A stretch of DNA of 64,000 bases from NCBI RefSeq assembly GCF_964355755.1, contig NC_092678.1, positions 15,107,681 to 15,171,680 on the forward strand, written 5' to 3'. Positions within the stretch are counted from its first letter, which is position 1. The number at the start of each line of letters is the position of its first letter. Under the pieces are notes generated by a model, which worked only from the letters and a program-made list of their open reading frames with translations, searched no databases and was not told the DNA's origin. The DNA is from Antedon mediterranea (taxonomy: Eukaryota > Animalia > Echinodermata). The position numbers and the translations under genes are program-made. Of the stretch, positions 1-15,300 are shown one piece after another.

Positions 1-219
1 AGCATACTGGTTTTTTTTGTTCATCCTATTATTACCTTCAAATGTAGAAGGTAATGTACTATTGTACTATGTTGTTTTATTATTATTAACACGTTGCAAC
101 TGCTCTTGGTATAATATATTTAGCTCCTTTCAATTATTTTGATTTAGTTATCCATGTTGCATAATCAATCGAAGAGAAATATTTATTTATTAAAAATATA
201 ACATTTTTTATTTGTTTAG

Positions 220-330
220 GAAGGAAGCAATGCTCTACATGTACATCTAAGTGGTAGATATGTTAAACCTACGTTAGAAATAGTGACTAATCTCATTAAG
301 CTTGGTGTATCTCCAACATTACAGAATAAG
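220..330 (+). CDS. Host exon: ankyrin repeat type B (111 nt, phase 0-0) [37 protein letters not shown]
   Basis: tttag/gtaaag boundaries; G-x-x-ALH...IV..LI..G ankyrin pattern. Confidence 0.8.
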
Positions 331-3300
331 GTAAAGTACATAAAAGTGGGCATATATTCCCGTGATCTAACATTGTGTAATTATCGGGTGGCACTCAAAC
401 ACACATCAGATCACGAGTATGGTGTTGTTCATAACTCTATACCTGCACAAGAGTAGTTACAGCAATCAAATACAGTTGGACACCACTAACGTTCGTGGTA
501 CTGAGATTAAATCTCTAAATAGGAAATGAAAATATGTTTTTAATTATCCGCATGATTTGTTTAATTGCATAAAGTCAATTAATATTAATTCACACATTGT
601 ATTACAATTATAGTAGCACTTCAAGTTATCTGTCTAGTTTGTTTAAGTTGGTTTAAATAATATAATAATCAACTCTTGGAATACTTTTATTTGGATCCTA
701 TTTCATAAAGGCCTAAATTTTCTTTTTTTATTCAATCAAATACGATAGATAAGTACGAAATTATGTGGAATGTTTTGGCCTTCCGAAAAAATTGCATTTA
801 TTTTGTTTGAACTATGTCAAAGGTTAAATGTCAAATAATGCAATTCAGTGACCACAAAAAGTAATCCGTATATACAGGCCTCACGTCCTGGGACAGTAAA
901 TTACCCCCGTATGGGATACGGGCCACGTATTCAAAGGGTTAAGTGTCTATTTTGTTTTATTTCTAAAAGCAAGCAATTTTAAATACAAATTTGGAGAGTC
1001 ATCGCAAATGATATTAGTGCTCACTGTAAAATGAATGTTTGAAAATCCATGCAGTCAAAAAATTATCTTTGTTTTTGTTTTTTTTTTGTGTAAAAATATT
1101 AAAATAATAGACCTTTGTTGTGTTATTGATTAATATGTCAGTTATTTTCCGTCCTCATATTTGGTATAAGAAAAGAATACTGCATTTCATTGTCGTCTGG
1201 TAAATTATCGTGTTTTATAAAAGTTTCCAAAGTGTAATTATCATTTCCGTCTGGATAACAGTGATAAAAGTTGAATTTACTTGAATATTCTTGCAGTCTC
1301 CCGTTGTTGTTCAGTTGAATGTCTTGATTTGTGGTGTTAATAATGTTTGGTGGTTTGTATTTAAGATGATTAGCAATATATCTTTTCTGTTAGTGTAGGC
1401 CAAATTAGAAAGAAGTGAATATAATTGCAACTTCGTCCTCATTGTTTGTACCTCCTTAAATACAATAGCTTACATTCTTTGCAAATAAATTACATAAAAC
1501 AAACAATTAAAAATCAACCAAAAAATAACAAAACACAGTGTAAGCATAATGTACTTCACACCATTTCATATTATACACCTATCGGGAGCTAATGAAATTA
1601 CCAGCCAATCAGATATTATATCGGCCTAAAAGTGAGCCGATTCCCGTTACACCTTGGCCGAATCATCCCGCATTCAGCTATTTCATAGACCTTGTATTTA
1701 TTGAGAAACATAACCTACGGTAGCTTAGTGTTATCACTGCATTTGGTGTTTGGAAAAATGGTAAAGTGTTGCTGAATTAAGTTTGGCGGGAGCGATGTTC
1801 ATGATATAGAAACATGAGCAAGAATACAGTTTTGTAGGCCTACCGCCCGTTTTATTTGAAATGTGGCACGGAGTTCTGCCGCTATATTATAACTGCAGCT
1901 GCGCTGTTCACATCACGTGTGCTCTCTCGATATCGATATTGCTACTTACCCTAGTGATCTAATTGTGACGAATGAAAATGGCCAATAATTTCCGAAAGCG
2001 GAATTCGGCAATTGCAAAGAAATTGGCCTAAAACACATTTTTTCGTAGACATTTTCGTTATAATATAGACTAATGGATAGAGGAGAATTAAAAGGTGCCC
2101 CATCTCGAACGGTGCTAGAATCAGTTTGGGAGGAGATTTTGGCTTAGTGCTATTATAGATTGAGCCCACGTTCACAGACCAATAATACACCAGCAAACCC
2201 TTTTATTTTAATTTGTTTTTTGTTTTATTATAATTACTTTTCTACAATTATTTGCTGCAATAACATGTATGTATAAATATCATGATTATGAATTAATTAT
2301 ACGACGGAAATTCCCATGTCACATACATATCTCTAAAGCCTAATTTATTGAATAAACGTCCTGCTTTGAATAAATTCCCTCTCAGATAGACAAATAAAGT
2401 GAGTGAGTGGCCGAGCGGTTAAGAGAGTGGAACCGTAGCCATAACGTAAGGGGTCGAGGCTCACTCGCTCTATGGTTCTGGTGGTAGAGAAAGAGTCTTC
2501 TCGGATAAAGACTATAAACCGTAGGTCCAGTGTACAAATCTAGCTCATGTGCATTTTAAAGAAAGTGCATATTATATTTATACGAGTAGGTGGTTACACC
2601 GTTGTACTACATTACTAAGCAGCCACAAACTAACTAATGAGGGCCCTTCCTTCAAAAGAACTGGATAGGCCACCCTCATTAAATATGGTATTAAATAAAA
2701 AAAAATAGAATCTCAAAAATGGTATACTTACCATCTAAGATACCGACAAAAAAGTTTAGGTTTAGTTCTACGAATTGATCATTATATTTGACTAATATAT
2801 ATCCATTTAAACATGCATAATATTTAAAAGTAGTTGAGGATGTATTGTCCCCTTGACAAAATAATTGTTTTACATTTTTTGTTGAATATGTCATTTTAAT
2901 TTCACGTAATAGTTATTCACTTTGACCAAAGTTTGGATCGAAAAAAAAATATTGACCTGAGAAAACTTTAATGTAAATCAAAACATTGTAAAATTGTATG
3001 CAAGACAATGAATAAGTAAAATCATTATTTTCTTTGGGTTTTTTTCTTATTGAAGTGAATAGTTTTATTAAAACTGCAAAATGATCTATTCAAAGTCTGA
3101 CTTTATAGCTCTTTAATTTTCATGATTTTGGGGGCAATACATCTTTAATTAATAATAATAATTATTATTATATGGTAGCCAATCACCAAAAATGGTTGTT
3201 GCCCAAACGGCCATACATCATTGTACAACCTGGAATCTCTCAACCACCCGATTCCTACCTCTGGATTATTTAGCTGTGTGTCAGACAAATCTAAATTAAT

Positions 3301-6300
3301 GTGAAACTGCAGTTCTAATTAAAGTTTTTTTTTTTATCAACTATTAAACAGTAGCTGTTTCGTCTGGATGTAATGTGGTTGTCTCACGCCATGAGCAGCA
3401 AATTTGATCTGATGTTTTTTGATATTATGATGATGTGTTTTCTGTTTTAAATATATCTAACAATCTAGATTTTCAACTTTTCAATTATTAATTGTATCAT
3501 CATCCTCACCATCTCCTTTTCAAATACATCTCTTATCACTATTGTTGATCATCTTTTGAACCACTTTCCGATTTGCTTGAACCATTTTAATTAACTGAGC
3601 CAATGTAAGATGCAATGCCTCGCGAGCTTATGAATACGTTGTAATAAGCCAGCTTTACTCCAATCCTGGTGTTGTAGTTGTTCAAGAGTCGCTTATATTC
3701 GGCAAACTTTGATTTTGCAATCATTTCAAAGTTACCGGTTCCCATTTCTTTATAAATGATCAACCTATCAAGTGATCTAAAACCTTCTGACTTTCTTAAT
3801 GCATTTCACCATTCCTAATAATGGAGTATGGGTATTCATGTTTTCAGTTGTTACATTATAACAGTATTTCATTTCATTATTTATTCTGTCTATTTCAATA
3901 TATAAATAACAAAATGGTCAACCTAAGTGAACTTAATCACTGTAGCGGAGCCGGTTGACCCAACCCCAAAGTTATTTATAAGACTCATTATATTTGATGT
4001 TTATGACTTCTTCACAGGCAGGAAACACACCGATCAATATTTATCTGAGTCGTCGTGATGTGGAATTAGAGATATTGTTTTGTCTGATAACCAATGGTGT
4101 ATCCCCCACATTAACAAAAGAGGTAATTCGTCATAAAAATGTAAATCGAAATAAAGCATACTGGTTGTTTTTGTTCATCCTATTATTACCTTCAAATGTA
4201 GAAGGTAATGTACTATTGTACTATGTTGTTTAATTATTATTAACACGTTGCAACTGCTCTTGGTATAATACATTTAGCTCCTTACAATTAATTTGATTTA
4301 GTTATCCATGTTGCATAATCAATCGAAGAGAAATATTTATTTATTAAAATATAACATTTTTTATTTGTTTAGGAAGGAAGCAATGCTCTACATATACATC
4401 TAAGTGGTAGATATGTTAAACCTACGTTAAGAATAGTGACTAATCTTCTTAAACTTGGTGTATCTCCAACATTACAGAATAAGGTAAAGTACATAAGAGT
4501 GTGCCTATATTCCCGTGATCTAACATTGTTTAATTATCGGGTGGGACTCAAACACACCTCAGATCACGAGTATGGTGTTGTTCATTGTTTGTACCTCCTT
4601 ATATACAATAGCTTACATTCTTTGCAAATAAATTACATAAAACAAACAATTAAAAATCAACCAAAAAATAACAAAACACAGTGTAAGCATAATGTACTTC
4701 ACACCATTTCATATTATACACCTATCGGGAGCTAATGAAATTACCAGCCAATCAGATATTATATCGGCCTAAAAGTGAGCCGATTCCCGTTACACCTTGG
4801 CCGAATCATCCCGCATTCAGCTATTTCATAGACCTTGTATTTATTGAGAAACATAACATACGGTAGTCTAGTGTTATCACTGCATTTGGTGTTTGGAAAA
4901 ATGGTAAAGTGTTGCTGAATTAAGTTTGGCGGGAGCGATGTTCATGATATAGAAACATGAGCAAGAATACAGTTTTGTAGGCCTACCGCCCCTTTTATTT
5001 GAAATGTGGCACGGAGTTCTGCCGCTATATTATAACTGCAGCTGCGCTGTTCACATCACGTGTGCTCTCTCGATATCGATATTGCTACTTACCCTAGTGA
5101 TCTAATTGTGACGAATGAAAATGGCCAATAATTTCCGAAAGCGGAATTCGGCAATTGCAAAGAAATTGGCCTAAAACACATTTTTTCGTAGACATTTTCG
5201 TTATAATATAGACTAATGGATAGAGAAGAATTAAAAGGTGCCCCATCTCGAACGGCGCTAGAATCAGTTTGGGAGGAGATTTTGGCTTAGTGCTATTATA
5301 GATTGAGCCCACGTTCACAGACCAATAATACACCAGCAAACCCTTTTATTTTAATTTGTTTTTTGTTTTATTATAATTACTTTTCTACAATTATTTGCTG
5401 CAATAACATGTATGTATAAATATCATGATTATGAATTAATTATACGACGGAAATTCCCATGTCACATACATATCTCTAAAGCCTAATTTATTGAATAAAC
5501 GTCCTGCTTTGAATACATTCCCTCTCAGATAGACAAATAGAGTGAGTGAGTGGCCGAGCGGTTAAGAGAGTGGAACCGTAGCCATAACGTAAGAGGTCGA
5601 TGCTCACTCGCTCCATGGTTCTGGTGGTAGAGAAAAGTCTTCTCGGATAAAGACTATAAACCGTAGGTCCAGTGTACAAATCTAGCTCATGTGCATTTTA
5701 AAGAAAGTAGTGCATATTATATTTATACGAGTAGGTGGTTACACCGTTGTACTACATTACTAAGCAGCCACAAACTAACTAACGAGGGCCCTTCCTTCAA
5801 AAGAACTGGATAGGCCACCCTCATTAAATATGGTAATAAATAAAAAAAAAATAGAATCTCAAAAATGGTATACTTACCATCTAAGATACCGACAACAAAG
5901 TTTAGGTTTAGTTCTACGAATTGATCATTATATTTGACTAATATATATCCATTTAAACATGCATAATATTTAAAAGTAGTTGAAGATGTATTGTCCCCTT
6001 GACAAAATAATTGTTTTACATTTTTTGTTGAATATGTCATTTTAATTTCACGTAATAGTTATTCACTTTGACCAAAGTTTGGATCGAAAAGAAAATATTG
6101 ACCTGAGAAAACTGTAATGTAAATCAAAACATTGTAAAATTGTATGCAAGACAATGAATAAGTAAAATCATTATTTTCTTTGGGTTTTTTTCTTATAGAA
6201 GTGAATAGTTTTATTAAAACTGCAAAATAATCTATTCAAAGTCTGACTTTATAGCTCTTAAATTTTCATGATTTTGGGGGCAATACATCTTTAATTAATA

Positions 6301-9300
6301 ATAATAATTATTATTACTAGAGGGTGAGCTCGCTTCGCTCGCTCCCCCTCTAGGAAGTGTAGACGATGGTTCTCGGAATGATAATGTTCTCCTTATACAT
6401 TTTCTGTCGGTTACCATTATTGAAAATGCTTGACATTCGTAAAACTAAACTACTTTGTTTCACAGTGTTTTAGATGATTAATAACATTTTAAAGTATAGT
6501 TTTTATTGTTTGGTAGGGCCCTTTGGGGAGGCGGAGGTCATTTGAGGGAGGTGCTTATTCGAGGGATATACCGTATGTTAAATTGTTTAGTTCTAATAAT
6601 ATGGTAACATTTATAATCAAATGAAATCCTCTCATAGATATGAAAAGTGGTAAAAAAGAATAACAAATGCTTGGTAAATTGCAGATAACAGTGCGGTGAA
6701 TTCTACTACAAATAGTATAATTGTGTTATTATAAATATGTGGATGGACGTTTATTAGATAGTTGGGTTGTGGGGGGGGGGGGTTGGGAGGGCGGGGGTTT
6801 ATTATTCAAAGTGATGTTTTATTGGAGAGGCGTTTATTCAAATGAATACCATCCTAATAATTATTAATACATTATTTAATTTAATCATCTTTTGAAACTA
6901 ACTGCCGTGACAGAGTGGGCCCAAGAAAGAAGACATTACGGCTTGCAACATGGGCAGACATCTCGGTCCTAACGGGACACAGGAAGATAGCCTACAGTTA
7001 TTCCTGCAAGCTTACTTAATAAAACTCAGCTATCGGGATTTCACTCGAAAAATGTCTTATCAAATCTCCCTATGTAATTTTATAATACTATTCCCCACAA
7101 TATATTCTGATTCTTTATGGCGTATATTTAATTTGATCTTTATTAATTTGCAGTATAATTCCTATTATTTAACTACTGTACCTTCACACACGTGTGGTAT
7201 GTTTTAAAATAAACAAAAAACTGAAATGGCTATGATTAATGGCCAATTTTTTTTTTTCGTCTTCCAAAGGGACACTGTATTGATTGATGGAAAGTGCCTG
7301 TTTCCAGTCACCTTTAAGGTCAAATCTATTATTTTAACTGCTCCCTTGTGTATAAAAGAGAGAAAATATTTGAAACTAAGTTGAACTTATCTTAAACCCG
7401 GAAATTACTTTGACCGGGAAGAATTGAAATTGAGAGGAAAATCCAATGTTGAAATCATAAATGTTGTTAAAAAACTCTTTATAACATCTTCCTAAGATAT
7501 TGTGATATAAAGATATACTTTTATATTTAAGAAATTGACCTTTGTATCGGAATTTAAATAGGTTCACAAACTTGACCCAGAAAGTCCAAAGGAGAGTTTG
7601 TCCAGATGTTTTAATGACCATTTAGTTTATAATAGAATCCCTAAAGAAAACACTTAGCTTAATTTTGTGACCTTTCCCATCGTTAAACCAGGAGTGATGG
7701 ACACTATTTAAGTACAGATTTGACAGTGTCATCCATCACAGAAATACCTTATTATACCGTTAATCACTCCCACTTAAACACCCCTGGATCAACTTAGGAC
7801 CAATCGTTACCCTCACAGATGATGTAATGACATTATGCAAATGAACTGAGCCAATATACTCCCAAGTTTCAGAAGGGCCCAGACACACCTTACAGCCACC
7901 TCACGGAGCACACACCTTACAGCCACCTCACGGAGCACACACCTTACAGCCACCTCACGGAGCACACACCTCACAGCAGACCTACACACTTCACACCTCA
8001 CCGACAGCATCATTGACCGTCCGTTCCTTATGTATACTTATAGTTGTATATTGTACTGAAGTATTATACTGAATAAACAATATAGTGTTATGACAGTCAA
8101 GCGAGTAAGAGTCTTTCATTAGTACCTCAACAACCCAAACGTTATAAAAGGGAAACAGAGGGATGTGATATAAAGATATACTTTTATATTTAAGAAATTG
8201 ACCTTTGTATCGGAATTCAAATAGGTTCACAAACTTGACCCAGAAAGTCCAAAGGAGAGTTTGTCCAGATGTTTTAATGACCATTTAGTTTATAATAGAA
8301 TCCCTAAAGAAAACACTTAGCTTAATTTTGTGACCTTTCCCATCGTTAAACCAGGAGTGATGGACACTATTTAAGTACAGATTTGACAGTGTCATCCATC
8401 ACAGAAATACCTTATTATACCGTTAATCATTCCCACTTAAACACCCCTGGATCAACTTAGGACCAATCGTTACCCTCACAGATGATGTAATGACATTATG
8501 CAAATGAACTGAGCCAATATACTCCCAAGTTTCAGAAGGGCCCAGAGACACCTTACAGCCACCTCACGGAGCACACACCTTACAGCCACCTCACGGAGCA
8601 CACACCTTACAGCCACCTCACGGAGCACACACCTCACAGCAGACCTACACACTTCACACCTCACCGACAGCATCATTGACCGTCCGTTCCTTATGTATAC
8701 TTATAGTTGTATATTGTACTGAAGTATTATACTGAATAAACAATATAGTGTTATGACAGTCAAGCGAGTAAGAGTCTTTCATTAGTACCTCAACAACCCA
8801 AACATTATATTACATGGTGGAAGACCCAAATTTCATAAGGAACGGAGTGAGAAAACAAGAAATAAACACTTAACAAGACACGAAGACGAAGACGAAGACA
8901 AAAATAACCATATTTGTTTGAAAGGAGAGAAATTTACTTTGACTCAAAGGACAAGCTGAAATTATATTTGAATGAGATCGAGACAAGCAGAAATTTTATC
9001 AAATTATTACCATTGGATAAAGACAAAGAAGATAATCGAGGAAGACACAAAAGACGAGCTGAAATTATATTTGAATGAGATCGAGACAAGCAGAAATTTT
9101 ATCAAATTATAACCATTGGATAAAGACAAAGAAGATAATCGAGGAAGACCCAAGCAGAATCAAAACAGAAGCAAGCGGACAAGAACTGTTTCGTTTGGAC
9201 ACTTTCAACTTCACGCAGTTTTTTTTTCGATCGTTTTTTTTAACATTTACTTTTTTGAACATTGATGAACACCTTTCGCATTTTTTTTAATTCGTTGTTT

Positions 9301-12300
9301 GAAAATTTGAACATTGATGAGCACCTTTAACATTTCTTTAATTCGTTGTTTGAACATTTAAACAATATTGAACACTTTTGCATTCCTTTAATTCATTTTA
9401 ATTGGATCCGAAGCATTTGGGGTAAGTCGAAACCATTTTGAATTTTGATTTGTAACCTTGATTGAAAAAGTGAGAGTTTACATATATATACACTAAATTG
9501 TTTTTGATATTTGATTAATAATTAATATTATAAAGTATGGTCGACGTTGTTGATAACGAAGTAATTTTAAATGAGCCCGTCAATCCTCACCCCGTGCCCC
9601 ACCTAAGACAAACCGATTTCCTTCCCAAAAGATATGACGGTTCCATAACCGATCACGACCAATGTAGTGCACACTACTTATCGTTTACCGACTACCTTGA
9701 GGCCCACACTTTAGAAAACCCTGTAAACAATGCCCAATTAATTAATGTAATAAGTATTTTTAAACGTAGCCTTCAGGGCCAAGCTAGACTCTGGATTGAG
9801 GGAAAGCAGTTCGATTCACTAGAATCCTTAAAAACCCAATTCATCAACAGGTTTAGTAAAAACAAATCAATCTATGCGCACATAAGAGAATACGATTCAA
9901 TTACATACACCACTGGCGACAACGCCGAAAAGCACTTAACCAAAATCAAACAAGCCGCAGACAGAATTGGATACGCTGACCAGCAGATAAAGAATAAATT
10001 TATTTCGACCCTTCCACCAAAATGTAGAGCAGCTGTAGCCATGTCCACCCCAATCGATGCCACTATTGAAAATATTGTAAATAGCACACAAAATTACCTT
10101 GACCTTTCCGTAGATGATGCCACACGGGAAGTTTCATTCAATATCAATAAGGAAACAGATAGGCCTAATAGTCTCGAATCGCTCCAACATGAGATAAATT
10201 CTCTCAAGTTAGACATGGCCACAACAAAACGATCCCTTAATGATGATACTCGACGCTCACGTTCCCCCACCCGAAATTATATCCCAAGACGAAACCGAAG
10301 CCCAAGCCCATACAAACCCCGATTCCAGACCCCACCGACCCCAAGATATAGACAACCTCCCCCAACCTGTTATTACTGCGGGAAACCAGGCCACATAGCA
10401 AGGCACTGCCGACAACAAAACCGCTCTTACGGAAACTATCCCCCGCCATACCCATACCAACAGTCAAACAATTACTACCCTAGCCACCAGCAGGATTTTT
10501 AGAAAGGGGACTAGATGCCGCCTATAATCTGGCCCCCCATACTAAATACGACAATTTTAAGGCAAAATACTTAGGGAATTCAGATAATATTGATTTGTTA
10601 CTTAACGACAGAAATTACGTTAAAGGAAATTTACCAGATGGTAGAAATGTTTTAACTTTATTTGACAGTGGTTCAACTAGAACTATAATCTCACAATCGT
10701 ACGTTAATTCCTCACTTTATTTATCGCGTTTAAAGCCAGTTAAAGTAAACACAACTAAATTTCGATTAGGTAACGGTGACTTCTTATATGCCAACCACTT
10801 AGTGCAATTCGAATTATTTATCCAAGGACACAAATTTAAAATTTCAGCATTAATCGTTAAAAATTTGACAGGTATTGACCTGATACTTGGAACCGAAACA
10901 TTGTCTGAACTCGACGGTACTTTAAATTTTAAGGAAAACACATTTCGCATTAGACCAAAGATTTTTAGCTTTCGTCCTGTACACAAGATTTTTCTTAAAC
11001 CCGGTGATACTAAAACAGTTAAATTAAAAGGAAGGGTTCCCGCCTTTGTACGCAATTCTGATGTTGTTCTACATGCAACCACCCATATTTCAAAACTTTG
11101 TCCATCAGATATGTTAGTAAAATTACACAGAGGAGAAACCAACATTGATATCACTAACAACACAAACAGAAACGTATCTCTAAATACACATCAACCTATC
11201 GCGAGCCTTCACTTAACCAACCTTGTTAAACAGCAACAGTTAAATTAAAAGGAAGGGTTCCCGCCTTTGTACGCAATTCTGATGTTGTTCTACATGCAAC
11301 CACCCATATTTCAAAACTTTGTCCATCAGATATGTTAGTAAAATTACACAGAGGAGAAACCAACATTGATATCACTAACAACACAAACAGAAACGTATCT
11401 CTAAATACACATCAACCTATCGCGAGCCTTCACTTAACCAACCTTGTAACAGTTACTAACGACCTACCAATTGATAGAATAAAGTTGACCAATGACAACG
11501 CAAACAAGTACCCACATTTAGAACGTACAGACCCATTGCTAACTTTAACCGAGGAAGAAATAATTAGAAAACAAGTTGATTTAAAAGACAGCGTTTTAAC
11601 ACATAGAGAAAAAGAAGATTTGTATATAACATTACAACAAAACAGAAACGCATTTTCACTTTATGGTGAACTATCTAGCTGCCCAAACTTCAAAGCTGAC
11701 ATACGCCTCTCTAACGATGAACCATTTTTTATTCGACCATACTTCGCGACAGACAAAGATAAACATGTTATTGAGGCCGAATTGAACAAATTAGTCAAAC
11801 TAGGAATCTTAGCAGTAGGACACCAATCGTATACTTCCCCTGTCCTTCTTGTTTCAAAGAAAAATTCAAAAGATAAAAGAGTTGTCACAGACTTTCGCTA
11901 TCTAAATTCCAGGATAAAACGTATTAATCACCCATTCCCATTATTAGCCGAAACTCTGAAAACAATAGGTAACGCTAATTCACAGATTCTTAGCGTAATT
12001 GATTTGAAATCAGCGTTCCACTGTGTACCATTAGCCGAACATGCCCAACAATACACAGGTATAGCTTCATATCATGGTGGAAAACATTATTATTATAAGA
12101 GATTAGCACAAGGATTAAACGTTTCGCCAGGTATATTTCAAGCAAAGATTGACGAAATTTTAAATGAAATCCCAAATTCTAGAGAATTCTGTATCGCCCA
12201 TCATGATGATATTATTTTATTTAGCCAAGACAAATTTGCTCATAAGCAGCACCTTGTTTCCGTTTTACAAGCCCTACAATTAAATGGTTTTAGAATTTGT

Positions 12301-15300
12301 CCAAAGAAATGTAAGTTATTCAAGAATAAAGTGCAATATATGGGACACACCATCCTGATTAATTCTTCAGGACACGCATGTATCACACCATTAGGCGACA
12401 GGTGTGCAGCTATCCGAAATTTGCCAGTCCCACGAACCCATAAAGAAACTAAACGATTTATTGGTGCAGTAAATTATGTATCCCATTTTTTCCCTCAAAT
12501 ACAATCAATTTTACGTCCGTTACACACACTCGCAAGCAAACGCCGAAAATTTTGTTGGTCTACTGAACACCAGAAAGCATTTGACGAAATTAAACAATTA
12601 ATGGTTAAACCACCAACTCTTCAAATGCCTAGAAAAGAAGGTAGATTTACGCTATATAGCGACACTTCAAGAACCGCAACAGGTTCATATTTAACACAAA
12701 CAGTAAACGGTAAAGAACACATAATAGGTTATTATTCCAAAATCTTACCACAAGCCTGTCAACGATATAGCGTCACAGAATTAGAGTTATTTGGACTTTA
12801 CATTAACGTTTCAGCATTTCGACATTTACTAAAGGGTTGCGAATTTGATGCATTCGTAGACCACTCAGCAATTGTACAAATTTGGAATTCAAAAGATCAG
12901 CCATGTACACCCCGTTTACAGAAACTAATATTACGATTGTCCGGATACATTTTCCAAATTGGTTATAAGAAAGGAACTGAATTAGTTTTAGCAGATTTTC
13001 TCTCCCGAGCCCCTCGTGATGACGATTCCGAAATCGATCAAGTTGTACCCATTGCATTTAATATTACAGAGACTGAATCTCTTAACCCGATTACAAACAC
13101 ATTTACTAGCAGACCAGTAACAAGGTCATACGCCAAGAAAATGGGAATAAATATACCTGACCTACATAAACCCAAACCCAAACAAACGCCTGTCATTAAT
13201 CAAAATCCAGTGACACCAAACACGCGACCTACACCTCAACCTACCGCTACACCACAGATAATCACGAGACAACAAACAAACGCACATCGATCACCGCCTA
13301 TCATAACGCCACCTATCGTAACACCACCCCCAATACGTAATGTAAACATTCGACAACCTCCAGAGGAACGACTAGTAGACAAAAGTAAGCAAAACAAAGA
13401 TACTACACATCGAAACGTACCAGTTGAATTGTATACATCGCCCAAACCACTAGTACCAAACATAACTGAATTTAAGTCAGCACACATCCCAAAACAACAA
13501 GACTTAGATAGATTAATGGATGTTATTCAAAGAAAGATAATTAGAGATTATAACCTCCCAATAGATGTTAAACAATTACGTGTTGAACAAGAAACTTCAC
13601 CATTTTTTAAGCCAGTTTATGATTATTTAGTTCATGATATCCTTCCAGCTGATAAGAAAGCAGCTCGTGCAGTTCAGAATAAGTCAGAGCAGTACATATT
13701 GTGCAACGGTTTACTATTCCGTTTATTTTTCCAAGATAAAGGTGGAGAATTTGTATTGCAATTAGCTGTTCCTGAAAACTTAGCAGAGACTGTTATTTCT
13801 CAGTATCACGACAATTTGTTAAGTAGCCACCAAGGTACGATGCGTACTTACCTTACTATTAGGAAATTATTTTACATGCCCCTTATGTTCGAGAAAGTCA
13901 ACAATTATACCCAAGCGTGTCTTAGATGTCAACAATTTCGTCCCAAAACCGATAAATTACGTCCTTTACACGATCGAGTACCAGCAACTTACCGTCCCTT
14001 TCATACACTCAGTCTAGATTTTAAGAGTATGCCAACTTCACCTTCAGGTTTTAAACATATTATGGTAGTATGTGATGAGATAACTAGATTTTTTATTTGT
14101 GTACCTTTGAAATCCATTGATGCCGAAACAATTTGTGAAGCACTAATTCAAAAGGTCATCAGTATTTTTGGACCCCCATCTCGTCTTATTTCAGATGCAG
14201 CAACCTCCCTTACAGGAAAATTATTAACACTATTATGTAACACCCTTAATATTGATAGGAAAATCATCAGCGTCCACAATCACGGTAGTTTACAAGTTGA
14301 ACGTCATATCCGCACCGTATCGGACCTGTTAAAGGTCAACCTTAACCAATTCGGAACAGATTGGGTTAGATTTGTATCAACAACATGTTATGCTTATAAC
14401 TCGTTTTCATCCCCACATCTGGGAAACCACTCCCCTTACGAATTAGTTTTTGGCCGCCAACCTCCAAGTTTGACCTCATTAGCATTTAACCCTATTTCAG
14501 GATTGTCTCATTCCTATGAAGAATACTTTGAACATCTCAAGAAGAAATTTCAAAACATTTCACAGACAATGCTACAATTACAGCGAACACAACAAAACGT
14601 CCAAAACTCAAAGATTTCCCAACGCTTAGAAAAAAGTCCAATTTACTCAGTAGGACAACTCGTATATTTATACAAGCCAACATCATCATCACTAACAGCA
14701 AATTCAAAGAAAATCGCCGCAGAATGGGTCGGACCATTAGTGATTCATGAAGTACTAGACAGAACACACTACATCCTAGCAACGATTAAAGGAGAAATAC
14801 TTCGCGACGTATTCAATTATAACAGACTGAAACCCTGTTTTATGAGAACGCCTAAAGAACGCAAAAATTTTACACATCTCCAAAAACTTAAACAATTGTT
14901 GAATGAACCCACCGATGATAATAACGATAAAATCCAAAACACCATTAATGTAGTAAATGACGAAACCAATGTTGAATTTGTAGACGAACATGATAGGACA
15001 CCCACCCAATTGCATACAGATACCCTTACACATCCAACTAAGATAGAACCCCTTAACTTGCAACCTTACATTGACTGTGTAGAGAATAACATGGGATTAG
15101 CAGCCCCATTCCAAATGAAAGAAGAACAAATAAAGGAACAAACTAATCTAATTATGACAGCACCTAATGATTCAAATATGACATTAAACCGAGGTAGATT
15201 TAAAGCAGGACATTTCCAAGTTTTAGTTTCGTATTCTAAACCGACTTCAGTCAAACGCAACACTGATAAAACAAAACACGAATCTAATGATCGCAAATTT

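Noticed and set aside
1951-2196. Identical 81-aa minus-strand ORFs (also 5094-5339) and 2691-2894/5723-6040
   Set aside because: Identity is explained by the recent segmental duplication; non-ATG start or overlap with a MITE/SINE; no motif
7884-7990. 27-bp direct repeats and the VRCVLREVA ORFs (also 8476-8676, 18001-18201)
   Set aside because: Contiguous minisatellite inside each LTR with no unique spacers; not CRISPR, and the ORFs are by-products of the repeat
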